A stretch of 61,595 bases of DNA from positions 64,888 to 126,482 of IMG/VR virus record IMGVR_UViG_3300037882_001257; one strand, 5' to 3'. The notes beneath the pieces are model-generated. The model was not told where the DNA came from, did no database searches, and worked only from the letters and a program-made list of their open reading frames with translations. Positions 9,935-20,081 of this stretch are shown one piece after another (the first letter of the stretch is position 1; the number at the start of each line of letters is the position of its first letter). The DNA comes from a virus. The position numbers and the translations under genes are program-made.

Positions 9935-10390
9935 TTATCTAAAGAGGCGGTCGATTAGAAGGGCACGGCCAACATTACCTTGTTGCAATTCACGAGCAAC
10001 TGCCGCTTCTAGGAAAATATCACGCGCATTGGCACCAACGCCAAGTCTAGCACGCACTAGGCGAGAACCGCGAACCTGAACAAACTGGCGAACAGCAAAG
10101 CGCTGTCTTATCGCACGACCAAACGCATCTCTAAGTGGTTGACGAGAAGCCTTTTCGCACACGCGACCGTACTGGTCAACATAAACCTCAACAACCTTCA
10201 CTCTACGAACCTTTTGGCGTTGCTTTACAACAACCTTACGAACCTCTTGCTCTAGTTGATAGTCGTCATAACGAACTTCAACACGGGCAGGGGCAGCGTA
10301 GTCCGTAGCCAACACAGGGGCGCTCATAGCAATAGCTAGGATACCCGCAACAATACCGCTCAACACTTTATTTACTCTCATTTTCATCAA
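9935..10390 (-). CDS. exported basic hypothetical protein
   Basis: signal peptide ending AMSAPVLA; Arg/Val-rich. Confidence 0.65.
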   Translation of the reverse strand: MMKMRVNKVLSGIVAGILAIAMSAPVLATDYAAPARVEVRYDDYQLEQEVRKVVVKQRQKVRRVKVVEVYVDQYGRVCEKASRQPLRDAFGRAIRQRFAVRQFVQVRGSRLVRARLGVGANARDIFLEAAVARELQQGNVGRALLIDRLFR

Positions 10391-11042
10391 CCTTTCTTAC
10401 CCAAGCTTCAATTAGCTTGGATTCTGTATCTGACATCTTTTTGTTTGACTTTGGCATCCTACCACTTTCTACTGCGTCACTGATTCTCCACCAGTCCGCT
10501 ATCGTAAATGGCTTGTCGTTTCGAGTCATTGAGGCAAAGTTCCAAAACTTTGTCTTTTTCTCGGTAGCGTCGTGACAACTTGCACAATTATATTTTTCTA
10601 ACAGGGCTGAGACATCAACAGGAACTTCAATAGAAGTAGTCTCTGGTTCCTCTGGCTCAGGTTCCGGCTCGTCATCAGGTGGAAGGGTTGTTACCGGAGC
10701 CTTGCGAAGTTCTTCTGCAATCTTACTGGCAAAATAATCCAACTTTTGACCAACCCTCTCGGCAATCTTTTCAGCTAGAGCCTCTTCGTCAATGCCTCTC
10801 TCTAGCTTGTAGTAATAATCGGCGTGGAAATCAGTAACGGGAACAGCAATAGCTTTTACAATTACTTCTTTCACTATGTTTTGATACTGGAAATCAGCTA
10901 CAACTTTTCTATTAGCGTAGATATGACTGTGCTTCTCTAGACTTCTACGCACAGCGCAGTCAGTGTTATAGTTAGTTGCCATGCCGACTGTTGAAAAACA
11001 CAGGGCGATAGCCATTGTTAAAAAGAGTGTTAGTTTGCCCAT
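10368..11042 (-). CDS. exported protein with C-terminal monoheme cytochrome c-like domain
   Basis: signal peptide, PE-rich linker, CASCH, SGRMP (candidate distal Met), IEAW. Confidence 0.75.
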   Translation of the reverse strand: MGKLTLFLTMAIALCFSTVGMATNYNTDCAVRRSLEKHSHIYANRKVVADFQYQNIVKEVIVKAIAVPVTDFHADYYYKLERGIDEEALAEKIAERVGQKLDYFASKIAEELRKAPVTTLPPDDEPEPEPEEPETTSIEVPVDVSALLEKYNCASCHDATEKKTKFWNFASMTRNDKPFTIADWWRISDAVESGRMPKSNKKMSDTESKLIEAWVRKVDENESK

Positions 11043-12745
11043 ATTGTTTCCAGGATGTGTTTTGGTACAAGAACAGCTTTTAGGTGATTTAACGAACCGT
11101 AGAATACACCGTTTTCGGTAGTTCCCTCACTATAAATATACACCGTGGAACCGCGAGGGATTACAATAGACCCCGAAACTACGTAGTCTTGCGTTGTTTT
11201 AGCCTGATATGATTGAAATTTCATTCCGTTATACCAAGTCGCAGTAAACCACACTTTTTGACGATGTTGCTGCACTTTTTCCTTAACAACAACTTCTTTA
11301 ATTTTCACCAACTTAGAACGATAGATTAGTAGCATAGATTCTACAAACACACTACTATCACCAATCTCCCAGGCGTCTCTTGGAACGGCAAAACCCCTGT
11401 GTAAACCCGTCAAAGTAGCATTAGCAGAACCTTTAGTATGATATTGATATGCATCAATAGTCACACCGGATGTTCTTGCGGCCTGCTCTAGGTCCAGCGG
11501 TGCATCGTACCAATTCAAAAACTTATGTAGGTTAGCCACTAACTCATTAGGTTCCCAGCCAGTATCGCGCTTTACTGCATCCGTATAAAGAATGCGATAG
11601 AATTCAACCTTCTTATTAAAATTACGCAGGTAGAAAGATGCGTGTCTATCCAGCTCTTTCTTGTCTTCAAAATTTAGACTTATTTTCTTGCCTAGAAGTT
11701 CTGAAAGCCTATTTGGCGCTGTGTTTAATCCGGTGGCGTGGCACGACATACAACTGACAATCATACGCACTCTAACATCGTCAGACTGACCAGAAGTATC
11801 AACAACTACTGTCGGGTCTCCGAAGTTTACAGCTTGTTCATTGGCGGCTTTACCATTGCCGAAAGCGGCCAACCAGTAGGCTTGCCACTGTACTCCATTT
11901 GAAGCTATAGCCTCAGATGCGTCTCTATCAGGGCGGGATAGTACGGGGTCTAGATTATCAATGTATCTACGAAGTCCGTTCTTATTGTCATTTGTTTCTG
12001 CGTAATATCCCAGGTCTGTGCCGGTTACGGCAATCTGTCTCTCATTGCGGGAAACCGCTGATTGGCCCCTAGGAATGATGGTTCCAATTGCCTGACCAAA
12101 AATGTTTACTCTCTTATCATTGACTCCCCATATAGCTCGGAACTCTGCTAGGGTTTTTGGAGGACCGCCCAGGTTAGAATAGAGCAAGATTGGCCCGATT
12201 GGCTCTAGGCCAACATCTTCGGGCTTCATATAGTCTAGAATGTTAGCAATAAACCAGCTTCCACTGACTATAGAATTCCCACCGATAAGACGCAGTTCAG
12301 CCGCGTCTACATTGTTAATCCAAGGCTCTCTGAAATACGGGTCTTGAAGGGCGATAATTTCCCAGGCTTCTCTGTTCCAGTTATAGTCTCTGATGTTCCC
12401 GTAGAACAATGTCTTAGACCCAGGGACTAACCGCGCTACAGCCGGTCTATTTCCAGCGCTGTGGCTTAGAATAGAAGCGGTTAAAAGCCGCTCGCCACTA
12501 TCGAGTAACTCTGGCGGAACGTCGTACAGACTCCAAAAGACAATGTCTTTTCTATCATCCTCAAACACAAAGTATTTTAGGAAATGAAGAGCATGGAAAT
12601 GTTCGGAGTTAGGCGAGACGGTTTCTCCTTCAACAGTCCTAGGAACAGGTACATGAATAACATTAGATTGATATTCTTCCCCGTCAGCCCCAGTTCCTAA
12701 GCACAGAGACATTATCATCGCTAATAATATCAACAGCTTTTTCAT
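11030..12745 (-). CDS. large exported protein with a CxxCH motif
   Basis: signal peptide MKKLLILLAM; SCMSCH. Confidence 0.7.
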   Translation of the reverse strand: MKKLLILLAMIMSLCLGTGADGEEYQSNVIHVPVPRTVEGETVSPNSEHFHALHFLKYFVFEDDRKDIVFWSLYDVPPELLDSGERLLTASILSHSAGNRPAVARLVPGSKTLFYGNIRDYNWNREAWEIIALQDPYFREPWINNVDAAELRLIGGNSIVSGSWFIANILDYMKPEDVGLEPIGPILLYSNLGGPPKTLAEFRAIWGVNDKRVNIFGQAIGTIIPRGQSAVSRNERQIAVTGTDLGYYAETNDNKNGLRRYIDNLDPVLSRPDRDASEAIASNGVQWQAYWLAAFGNGKAANEQAVNFGDPTVVVDTSGQSDDVRVRMIVSCMSCHATGLNTAPNRLSELLGKKISLNFEDKKELDRHASFYLRNFNKKVEFYRILYTDAVKRDTGWEPNELVANLHKFLNWYDAPLDLEQAARTSGVTIDAYQYHTKGSANATLTGLHRGFAVPRDAWEIGDSSVFVESMLLIYRSKLVKIKEVVVKEKVQQHRQKVWFTATWYNGMKFQSYQAKTTQDYVVSGSIVIPRGSTVYIYSEGTTENGVFYGSLNHLKAVLVPKHILETIWAN

Positions 12746-12753
12746 AGTAGGAT

Positions 12754-13920
12754 TTAACCTTCTTTCACATCAAATACCAAGTTGTCGCCGGTAACAGTGA
12801 ATGTAACTGTTTTGGTCCTCGGTTCTGGTGGAGGAGGCGGTGGTGGTTCAGAACCAATAGTAATTACAAATTCATTGGAGAATCCAGAGAAGATGTTATC
12901 TCCAAATGCTCTCACCTTATATGAGTAGGTGCCGTCAGCTACATTACTATCAGAAGCTACTTTAATCCCTCTTTTTACCTGCCCAAACTTTACTCCGTTG
13001 CGCCAAACTTCAAATCCGTTTTCTCCAGAGGAATTATCCTTCCAACGAAGTATGGCTTTTCCATCTTCGTGAGTGACTGTTAAGTTTGTAGGTGCTGTTA
13101 ACACTTTTGGGTCTCCTGGTGGTGGAGGCGGGTCAACGGGGCCGGGGCCTGTAGCATTGCCATATATTGCACGAATGCGAGTAACGTCATCGTTATTTTG
13201 AGGTTTGACAATGTTCGGGCTGTAAAAAGGGGCCATTAGGGCGCTAGACTCGTTAGAGTGTTCAAGACCCAACAAGTGGCCTATTTCGTGGCAGGCAACA
13301 TTACGTAGATAAATACCACGGTTGGCACCCACCTTAGTCCATGTTTCATCCTCATCAAATCGCATCAAGAGTTGCCCCTTGAAGTTTTGTTGGGGTGGTA
13401 GAAAGGCGTAAGCTAGAGTGTTACCAGGACCGTCAAAATCATCGCGTGCGCCTCGCCCCGTTGAAATTACGAGATTAGCCCCGGATGTACTATCTACCTT
13501 AGAAAAGCGCAAGCTGCAAATGTCTTGCCAACTGTCGAAGGCTTCTTTTATTATACTGTCCCACTCGCCCTGTGGCAAGTCAGAGTCGCGTTTTTGTATG
13601 AAGTACGTCAAATCCTTTACACCCCACGCCCTGACGCTGGCGCGAGCCTCAAGCATACCCCTGTCGGACACACCACATCGAGGCCAGCTTTTCATGGCAT
13701 TGAGAGTGTTTGGGCCAAGCTCACCGTCAACTTTTAGAGCGCCAGTAATTTTCTGGAGCTTAGTCAGAGCTTCTACCACATCTTCAACGGTGATAGTGCC
13801 TTCTTTTGTAAGGTATCCATAGTGTTTCAGCCAGTCTATAGCTTCCAACACTTGGTCTGCGGTAGTTGCCCACTGGCGAAACATTTCGACCAGTTTTAGA
13901 ATTGTCTCAATACGGCCCAT
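12754..13920 (-). CDS. matrixin (M10 metzincin) with PG-binding-like prodomain, cysteine switch and FN3 domain
   Basis: YGYL, PRCGVSD, HEIGHLLGLEH, Met-turn ALMAP, APTNL..LRWKDNS..YSYKVRA. Confidence 0.92.
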   Translation of the reverse strand: MGRIETILKLVEMFRQWATTADQVLEAIDWLKHYGYLTKEGTITVEDVVEALTKLQKITGALKVDGELGPNTLNAMKSWPRCGVSDRGMLEARASVRAWGVKDLTYFIQKRDSDLPQGEWDSIIKEAFDSWQDICSLRFSKVDSTSGANLVISTGRGARDDFDGPGNTLAYAFLPPQQNFKGQLLMRFDEDETWTKVGANRGIYLRNVACHEIGHLLGLEHSNESSALMAPFYSPNIVKPQNNDDVTRIRAIYGNATGPGPVDPPPPPGDPKVLTAPTNLTVTHEDGKAILRWKDNSSGENGFEVWRNGVKFGQVKRGIKVASDSNVADGTYSYKVRAFGDNIFSGFSNEFVITIGSEPPPPPPPEPRTKTVTFTVTGDNLVFDVKEG

Positions 13921-14102
13921 TTAATTACTCCAAGGGGTGTCACCCATATTATACACTTACGCAGCCTAAAAAGTTAGGTACTTTGGCACGTAAATCGGTT
14001 TTCCGTTACAACGGACTAGATACCAGTCAAAACCCACGGCTAACACCGGATAATCCTGCTCTAGCTTTAAAGGTCCGTAAACAAAGCCAATTCTAATCGT
14101 GT

Positions 14103-14597
14103 TCATTTTGTGTCCTTAAAACTTGGGTCAAGTAGAATATCTGTGAACTCTTTTATCTCTCTATAAACCTTGCTTTGTACCGTCATGTTAAACTTCTTAG
14201 TAGCCTTGTCTTTAGTCCAGTCTCTTAAGTTGTTACCGAACTCGCTACTACGGGCTGACCAGTCACAAACCATTTCCGCTACAAAAAGTCGCGGAACCTC
14301 ATGTATACTGCCCCAGTATTCCGGGTGGTGAGGGTTTGACAGTATATGCTGTTGAATAGCTAATTCTGTCTCTGCCTTTCTATCGCCGGTCATTAGGTCG
14401 CCATGTAAATACAACCATTCTATTCCGTGGAATTTACTATTGTCATGTATATGACCATTAGCAATTAGGTTGTGCCCAAGTTCTGCTTCTCCTTTTTCTA
14501 TTAGCCGCTCACCTAACAAGGTACAGTTCTGTCGAACGTGTTCTATGTGCCTCAATAGGGCGTCTCTGCGCTTATTCCATAAATCAGCTTCGCTCAT
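14103..14597 (-). CDS. HD-like phosphohydrolase (DUF5662-like)
   Basis: HIEHV, HDNSK, NPHHPEYW, EMVCDW. Confidence 0.7.
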   Translation of the reverse strand: MSEADLWNKRRDALLRHIEHVRQNCTLLGERLIEKGEAELGHNLIANGHIHDNSKFHGIEWLYLHGDLMTGDRKAETELAIQQHILSNPHHPEYWGSIHEVPRLFVAEMVCDWSARSSEFGNNLRDWTKDKATKKFNMTVQSKVYREIKEFTDILLDPSFKDTK

Positions 14598-14844
14598 TTG
14601 TTTTGTTTGCCATTTCTAGCAACACTTCTCCATGACAACGCAGTGGTGAACACCAGCAACCAAGCGTCTTACCTTTTAATTCGTGTAAATCATCCAGTAG
14701 GTGTTGCTGTGTCAAAATCCATTCTTTGTACTTCTGTATTACTTCGTCTCTACCCCCGTCTTTACCAATTACGAACGGGTTGCCCCACTTCGATGGTCGG
14801 CCTATATAAACGTCAAATGGTGCTTTCTTACAGTGGATGACCAT
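14584..14844 (-). CDS. DUF4326 protein (likely start MVIHCKK)
   Basis: VYIGRPSKWGNPF, LGCWCSPLRCHGEVL. Confidence 0.85.
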   Translation of the reverse strand: MVIHCKKAPFDVYIGRPSKWGNPFVIGKDGGRDEVIQKYKEWILTQQHLLDDLHELKGKTLGCWCSPLRCHGEVLLEMANKTNERS

Positions 14845-14845
14845 T

Positions 14846-15253
14846 CTATTGGTGGTCCTCGTCCTGTGGGCGGAACGGACGATTAAATTCCCGTTCCATA
14901 GGACCAAGTTCTGAGCTTCGCGTAGTCTTACTACGAAAGCTCAATAAAAATTTCGTAGCCATTCCCCATCCTTCATCCGTAGGTATGAATCGGGCTACAG
15001 GATGCTTGAATGCTTTGTCGTCTGTAAAATGAGGGTCTATTTCTTTCTGGTGCCATAAGTCTAAGATTGTAGTGTCCTGAAAGACTAGAATCTTCCGCCC
15101 CTCATAATTCTTGCACTCGTCGTATTTAAGCTGGATGGCAAGATGCCCACCATGCTCAAGATACTTCTCGACAGTGTACTTTAACCTTGAGAACGCATTG
15201 GGGTCTTTGTCCACATACACAATCTCTTTCTCGGTGGAATATCTACTGAACAT
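14846..15253 (-). CDS. conserved phage hypothetical protein
   Basis: NYEGRKILVF..IDPHF..PVARFIPT..GW. Confidence 0.7.
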   Translation of the reverse strand: MFSRYSTEKEIVYVDKDPNAFSRLKYTVEKYLEHGGHLAIQLKYDECKNYEGRKILVFQDTTILDLWHQKEIDPHFTDDKAFKHPVARFIPTDEGWGMATKFLLSFRSKTTRSSELGPMEREFNRPFRPQDEDHQ

Positions 15254-15659
15254 TTATTACCTCGTCTCCACTAACAAGATACATAGCCCTAGTCACAAAC
15301 CACGCGGGAACAGACTCCTTAAAATATCGGTTAATACTTAACTGTCTTTCTCTAGGGAATATATCCACTTCTCCGTTGCGGTATGTTACCTGGATACACT
15401 TTTCCCCAAAGCAATAGGTATCACATACATACTTTACAGTTTTTTTCATAAGTCTCACTCCTTAATCTCTGTCTTTCCTTGTCACAATATTTATTCAGAT
15501 TAGAAGCTACAAATATAGGATTGATAGACTCCCAATTCGACCCGTCAAAGGCCACTCCAATATAGGTAATTAGTCCGCTGGTTGCAGACTTATGAAGTTT
15601 AGTCACAACTCCTAGCTTTCCACGTTGACATTTAACTACACTACCCTTGGTTATTTGAC

Positions 15660-16010
15660 TCACCAAAACATCCTTACAAAAGGCGTATACTCTACGTAGT
15701 AACCCACAATCTTCAATCTATTAGCCATTGCCTCACCCGCTACATCGTTGTGAGAATGAACAACTACATATTCCACTTCTGGCTTATGAGCCTCCATCCA
15801 GCGGACGACCTCCATCCCCGTATCTTTCCGGTCGCTATCAACCCATGTTTCCCCACCGAGGTCATGGTCTAAATAAACAAAGTCCCAAGCCTGGGATTGT
15901 AGTTTGTTGATACATTCTTCCGCAGTCGAAACTATAGCGGCCCAAGGATACTCGCGCCTAAACTTAAGTTGTCTAACGGGGTCATCATCGAGAAATAAAA
16001 CCCTAGTCAT
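15660..16010 (-). CDS. cyclic-phosphate-processing receiver-like domain (cREC)
   Basis: LFLDD, LDHDLG, TGMEVVRW, VHSHN. Confidence 0.75.
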   Translation of the reverse strand: MTRVLFLDDDPVRQLKFRREYPWAAIVSTAEECINKLQSQAWDFVYLDHDLGGETWVDSDRKDTGMEVVRWMEAHKPEVEYVVVHSHNDVAGEAMANRLKIVGYYVEYTPFVRMFW

Positions 16011-16530
16011 AATAGTCTATACCCCGTTCCAAATAGTGCGTTTCAATTCTTTTGCACGTATAAAACAATGTGATAAAATTTAGTACCTTCTCTCGGTCTA
16101 AATTACCACAAGTATATATGTCAATAGAAATGAAGCGCTTAGGCTCTAAAGTGTGAATCTGAATTCCACTTTCAATGAGGGGTTGCCACGCACTGATGCC
16201 AGCTTTATCCGCGAACACTTCCACCCTGTTTCCTTCTGCGTCAAACTTTGCCGGCGCATGAATCACGTAGGGCGGGGCCATTGGCGTCATACCAAGCTCT
16301 ATTACAAGAGCCTCAAGAAAGCGATAGGCTTTCTCCATGTCGTCACACTGACCCGCTGATACTTCATACAGGTCTATCCCTAGGAAATACCCGAAGGGTT
16401 TTCGTTTAGGCTTAGTGACAGACCACTCTGGAACCTTCACACTCTTCGACCTTAGATGGAACAGATTAACAACACAATCTTTCAACCACAACAAGAATCC
16501 CATTAGGTTGTACCTTTCGCGGCAATACAT
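16003..16530 (-). CDS. S-adenosylmethionine decarboxylase-like proenzyme
   Basis: GISAWQPLIESGIQIHT..IDIYTCG. Confidence 0.7.
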   Translation of the reverse strand: MYCRERYNLMGFLLWLKDCVVNLFHLRSKSVKVPEWSVTKPKRKPFGYFLGIDLYEVSAGQCDDMEKAYRFLEALVIELGMTPMAPPYVIHAPAKFDAEGNRVEVFADKAGISAWQPLIESGIQIHTLEPKRFISIDIYTCGNLDREKVLNFITLFYTCKRIETHYLERGIDYYD

Positions 16531-16850
16531 CTTTGTAGTGGCCTCACAGATTGATAAGGGGCTTTGTCCATAACCTCAAACTCGTAAGCCTGTTCTAGAG
16601 ACATACCGTAATTAGTATAATCTTGTATGACGGGATTCTCTATGGTCTTGGGATTCACCCAATAGTCGGGGTGATACCAAGTAGACCAACCGCGCTCTTT
16701 CAGAAATTCTACTCTATCGTCCATAGGCTTCTCCCTCCACAATGATTCTAAATAATAACCAACCTGGATAAGTAACAATTACCCATAAAACATCTGCCGC
16801 TAGATTCCACGAACTATCGCATTGGATGGAACCAGACAGGGCTTCAAACA

Positions 16851-17372
16851 TTAGATTGAGACTTCATAAGATACATTCTCCAAGTCGAACAGGGTTATCC
16901 TACCTTTGTAAGTACCGACGTTCTGCTTGAGGGGGTCATTAAAAGTCATGCCATAAACCTTACGCTGTTCCTCTAATAGCTCAAGCATTCGGGTAAAGTC
17001 ATTCCGATGATTAAGCTGCTGGCACTTATACATCACGTACCCCCTCACTTCTGCGTCGTCGTCCACTATAACGCCAAGAAGCCCCGGAGTCAAGAGCGGG
17101 CCGTAGTAACCAACCCGAATAGCCTCAACAATATTGTCCTTCCACAAGAAGGTCTTATCCCACAATTTATAGATGAGGCCATCTTTCTCATACAACCTAC
17201 GTTGATAGCGGAGGTCTTTCGTTTTCCATCCGGTTCCCCACTCACCAAAGGGGATGCCTTCCAGCAGGCGTATCACGTTTTCATACTGGAAGTTGAGATA
17301 GCCATTAGCACGTAGTGCCATAACTATCGGGATGAATCTATCATCGTGTTTAGTGTTAAGAGCGAAGCGCAT
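16851..17372 (-). CDS. hypothetical protein, possible degenerate kinase fold
   Basis: DPLKQNVG..LFDLE. Confidence 0.45.
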   Translation of the reverse strand: MRFALNTKHDDRFIPIVMALRANGYLNFQYENVIRLLEGIPFGEWGTGWKTKDLRYQRRLYEKDGLIYKLWDKTFLWKDNIVEAIRVGYYGPLLTPGLLGVIVDDDAEVRGYVMYKCQQLNHRNDFTRMLELLEEQRKVYGMTFNDPLKQNVGTYKGRITLFDLENVSYEVSI

Positions 17373-18022
17373 TAGAATGCCCCCAGTAAGACACTGGCAT
17401 TGTCTAAGACAATGATACCGGCCTCTAGCGTATTCTCTTTAATATAGATGTGCCTTGATTTACTATCGTCAACGCATATACATATACGTCTTTTATTATT
17501 AGGCAGTGAGGCATCCAACTCATCTAAATAATATCTTTGCAAGTGTCTATTTAATAGGTTAAGAGATTTCAACCTGTCATCTAAGTCACAACTAATAGTG
17601 TCATCAACATATATTTGGGCTATCTTGCCTTGTGTGCTAGGTAGCTTTTTACCTTCGTACTGAGGATAGTCATCCTGAGTAGAATCCATTAGGGCTATTA
17701 AACGACTAGAAAACATATGGTCGGCTTCGCTATCGAACACAACTATGTTTCGGTCTACCGCAGCAGCCAATAGCACTTCCCAAGCAGAATTGACAATTTC
17801 TTCTTCGGATTTATACAAATTCAAAAACACCCTAATTCTATTGTTATCCGGTGAAGAGTACGAGAAAGTATAGTTTCGTTCCACAACATCTACATAAGAC
17901 GGTGTAGAGCTGGGAAGGTATGTTATTTCAAAAGGTAAACTATTGAGCATTAGCTTCCTCTCCCAAGTCCATAAAATTAAGTTTCGACTTGCTAACAGGA
18001 ATAGGTTGGTCGCTAAGAACAA
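17372..18022 (-). CDS. hypothetical protein (true start probably near 17950)
   Basis: long ORF whose stop overlaps the next start. Confidence 0.6.
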   Translation of the reverse strand: MFLATNLFLLASRNLILWTWERKLMLNSLPFEITYLPSSTPSYVDVVERNYTFSYSSPDNNRIRVFLNLYKSEEEIVNSAWEVLLAAAVDRNIVVFDSEADHMFSSRLIALMDSTQDDYPQYEGKKLPSTQGKIAQIYVDDTISCDLDDRLKSLNLLNRHLQRYYLDELDASLPNNKRRICICVDDSKSRHIYIKENTLEAGIIVLDNASVLLGAF

Positions 18023-18509
18023 CTGTCAACCCACCTACAAACATTTGGTAATACTTACCACTGGCGTCGAACCAGAATAGATACTCAGACGAGTCTCCAT
18101 ATGTACCATCATCTTGTAGCAACTCAGTGGTTACATACCACTTACCGTTCACCTTAACATAGTCGCCATTATCAGCAATACCGGGTGGATTAACAGACCA
18201 GTTTACAGATTTGGGAGTAAGTCTCTTACCGCTAGATGAGACCTTACCCTTTACTGTAGAATAAACGAGAACGTCGCCAGTAAAGGGCGAGACTACATAA
18301 AGATGCTTAATTGACCCAGGCTTGTTTTCTAGTTCAATTCGCTGCTTTATATTACGCTGTTCAGTGCTTAAACCGTCCGAACCCGTCTGGACACGGGCAG
18401 TTGCTTTAGTCACACCGGAATCAGACACCGCCTGTCTCGGTTCAGGGACACATCCAACGAACATAACACAGACCATCAAACCCGACAAAATTCCTTTAAT
18501 CATTGTCAT
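17940..18509 (-). CDS. lipoprotein
   Basis: lipobox FVGC. Confidence 0.7.
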   Translation of the reverse strand: MTMIKGILSGLMVCVMFVGCVPEPRQAVSDSGVTKATARVQTGSDGLSTEQRNIKQRIELENKPGSIKHLYVVSPFTGDVLVYSTVKGKVSSSGKRLTPKSVNWSVNPPGIADNGDYVKVNGKWYVTTELLQDDGTYGDSSEYLFWFDASGKYYQMFVGGLTVVLSDQPIPVSKSKLNFMDLGEEANAQ

Positions 18510-18515
18510 TGTTTC

Positions 18516-18947
18516 CTACTCGCTAATAAGGGTGGCAAACTTTCCTGGTAAAGCCTGTTCTGACGCAGGCACAAAATCCACGTTCGTAAATCTGTAGTTA
18601 ATTTTTTCCATGTTTGAATTGTATTCGCTCGCGAGCGAATTGTACGTCGCCTTAATACCAGCTCTTTCCCTGCGCCACTGATTTACTTGCTCTCTAATAG
18701 CAAAGCGTTCCGCACCGCCCGTAGCCGTATCTAAGTCTCGCTCGGCCTCTTTAATCTGAGCGTTGTAAATCTCTACGTCCGCTTGTAGCTTAACCAAGAC
18801 ATTCGCAGCATCCTTAAACCACTCGTATCGTTTTAGGAGTGTGCTGGCCTTGGTTTCTTGGAACGCCGTTCGCTGTGCATCATCAATATACGCGCAGCAG
18901 CCGACGACGCCAAATAATAGCGGAATCATCAGAACTAGTTTCTTCAT
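18516..18947 (-). CDS. coiled-coil lipoprotein
   Basis: lipobox VVGC; AAGGAG RBS. Confidence 0.7.
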   Translation of the reverse strand: MKKLVLMIPLLFGVVGCCAYIDDAQRTAFQETKASTLLKRYEWFKDAANVLVKLQADVEIYNAQIKEAERDLDTATGGAERFAIREQVNQWRRERAGIKATYNSLASEYNSNMEKINYRFTNVDFVPASEQALPGKFATLISE

Positions 18948-19442
18948 TGTACTCTCCTTAAAATAACGAAGCTCTAAAGTGACTAAGCGACTAACATTAA
19001 TCTGAGGCTTTCGCCTCCCCTCGCCATTACGCGAATCTGATGGTTACCCACCAGCAACGGGCGCGCCAACCCGACCTTGCTTCGCAAGCTCATCAGCTAT
19101 TACAGACAATGGACAAGGATTATCATGTAGGTAATGTGCTTGGCAATAACCGTGATGGTCATAGTTGCACTTGCCTTTATTTACCTCGTACAACTCCATA
19201 AAAGCATCAAAAAGCTTGCGGCTTACGACTTGCTCACCGTCTAGGTCTGTATGGCTTGCATCCTCCGTGGTTCGAGCGGATTCTAATTTGGATACTCTAA
19301 ATTCCAGCTTCTCAATTTTCTGTCTAGCAAAAGTATCCATTTCAAACCCTCCCACGTTGCAGCAATGATGCCCTGAACTTGTCCTCTAAGTGGCCGAGGC
19401 CACCCAGCGTTAGTCTATATAGCCAGGGTTCTGTCTTAGTCC

Positions 19443-19814
19443 TTAATCAATTAACTTACCATCACACCAAACAAAACCAACTACTCTCTCAAACGAATTA
19501 AAATCCATCAGTTTTTCGTTGGTTCCAAAAGGAATCTGCACTACTACTTCTTTATTCAATAGTTGTTCTTCTAGTGTCTTTTGTAGCTTAAGGCCAAGCT
19601 CAGTATCTAATTCTGCTTTAGAAGTATTCCCTAGTCTAATACTAAAGACTCTTCGCACTTCAACAGTAATCGTATCAGCATCATGCACATCAATACACTT
19701 TGCCTTTGTTACATACGACGGTTCTGGTGGCGTTCCTGGCGCTACTTTAACCTTGAATTTCTTTTTCGACATTCTTCGTCTTGCCAAGCTTCGTTTCTGA
19801 AAAACCACTATCAA
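19443..19814 (-). CDS. thermonuclease (SNase)-like protein, degenerate
   Basis: DVHDADTITV..IRL..SFERVVG. Confidence 0.55.
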   Translation of the reverse strand: MIVVFQKRSLARRRMSKKKFKVKVAPGTPPEPSYVTKAKCIDVHDADTITVEVRRVFSIRLGNTSKAELDTELGLKLQKTLEEQLLNKEVVVQIPFGTNEKLMDFNSFERVVGFVWCDGKLID

Positions 19815-20081
19815 AATCTACCGAGTTTTGTTTCTTCTACTACGCCCTGTATCACCGAACTCTCATGGAACTGATAGATACCGGCTTTCATATCGTCGGT
19901 GAACGCATAAAAATCTGGCGGAAGCTCATAGTTTTCTGGCGTTCCACAACACCGAAGAACCCCAACCCAGCTTCTATCGTGGCAGCAGGCCATTATGTGT
20001 ATAATGTTGTGGTTCTGATGGCACTCACAATTACAGGGGTAGTTAGGGTCTCGAAAGTGAATATAGTATTTCTTGCCTATT

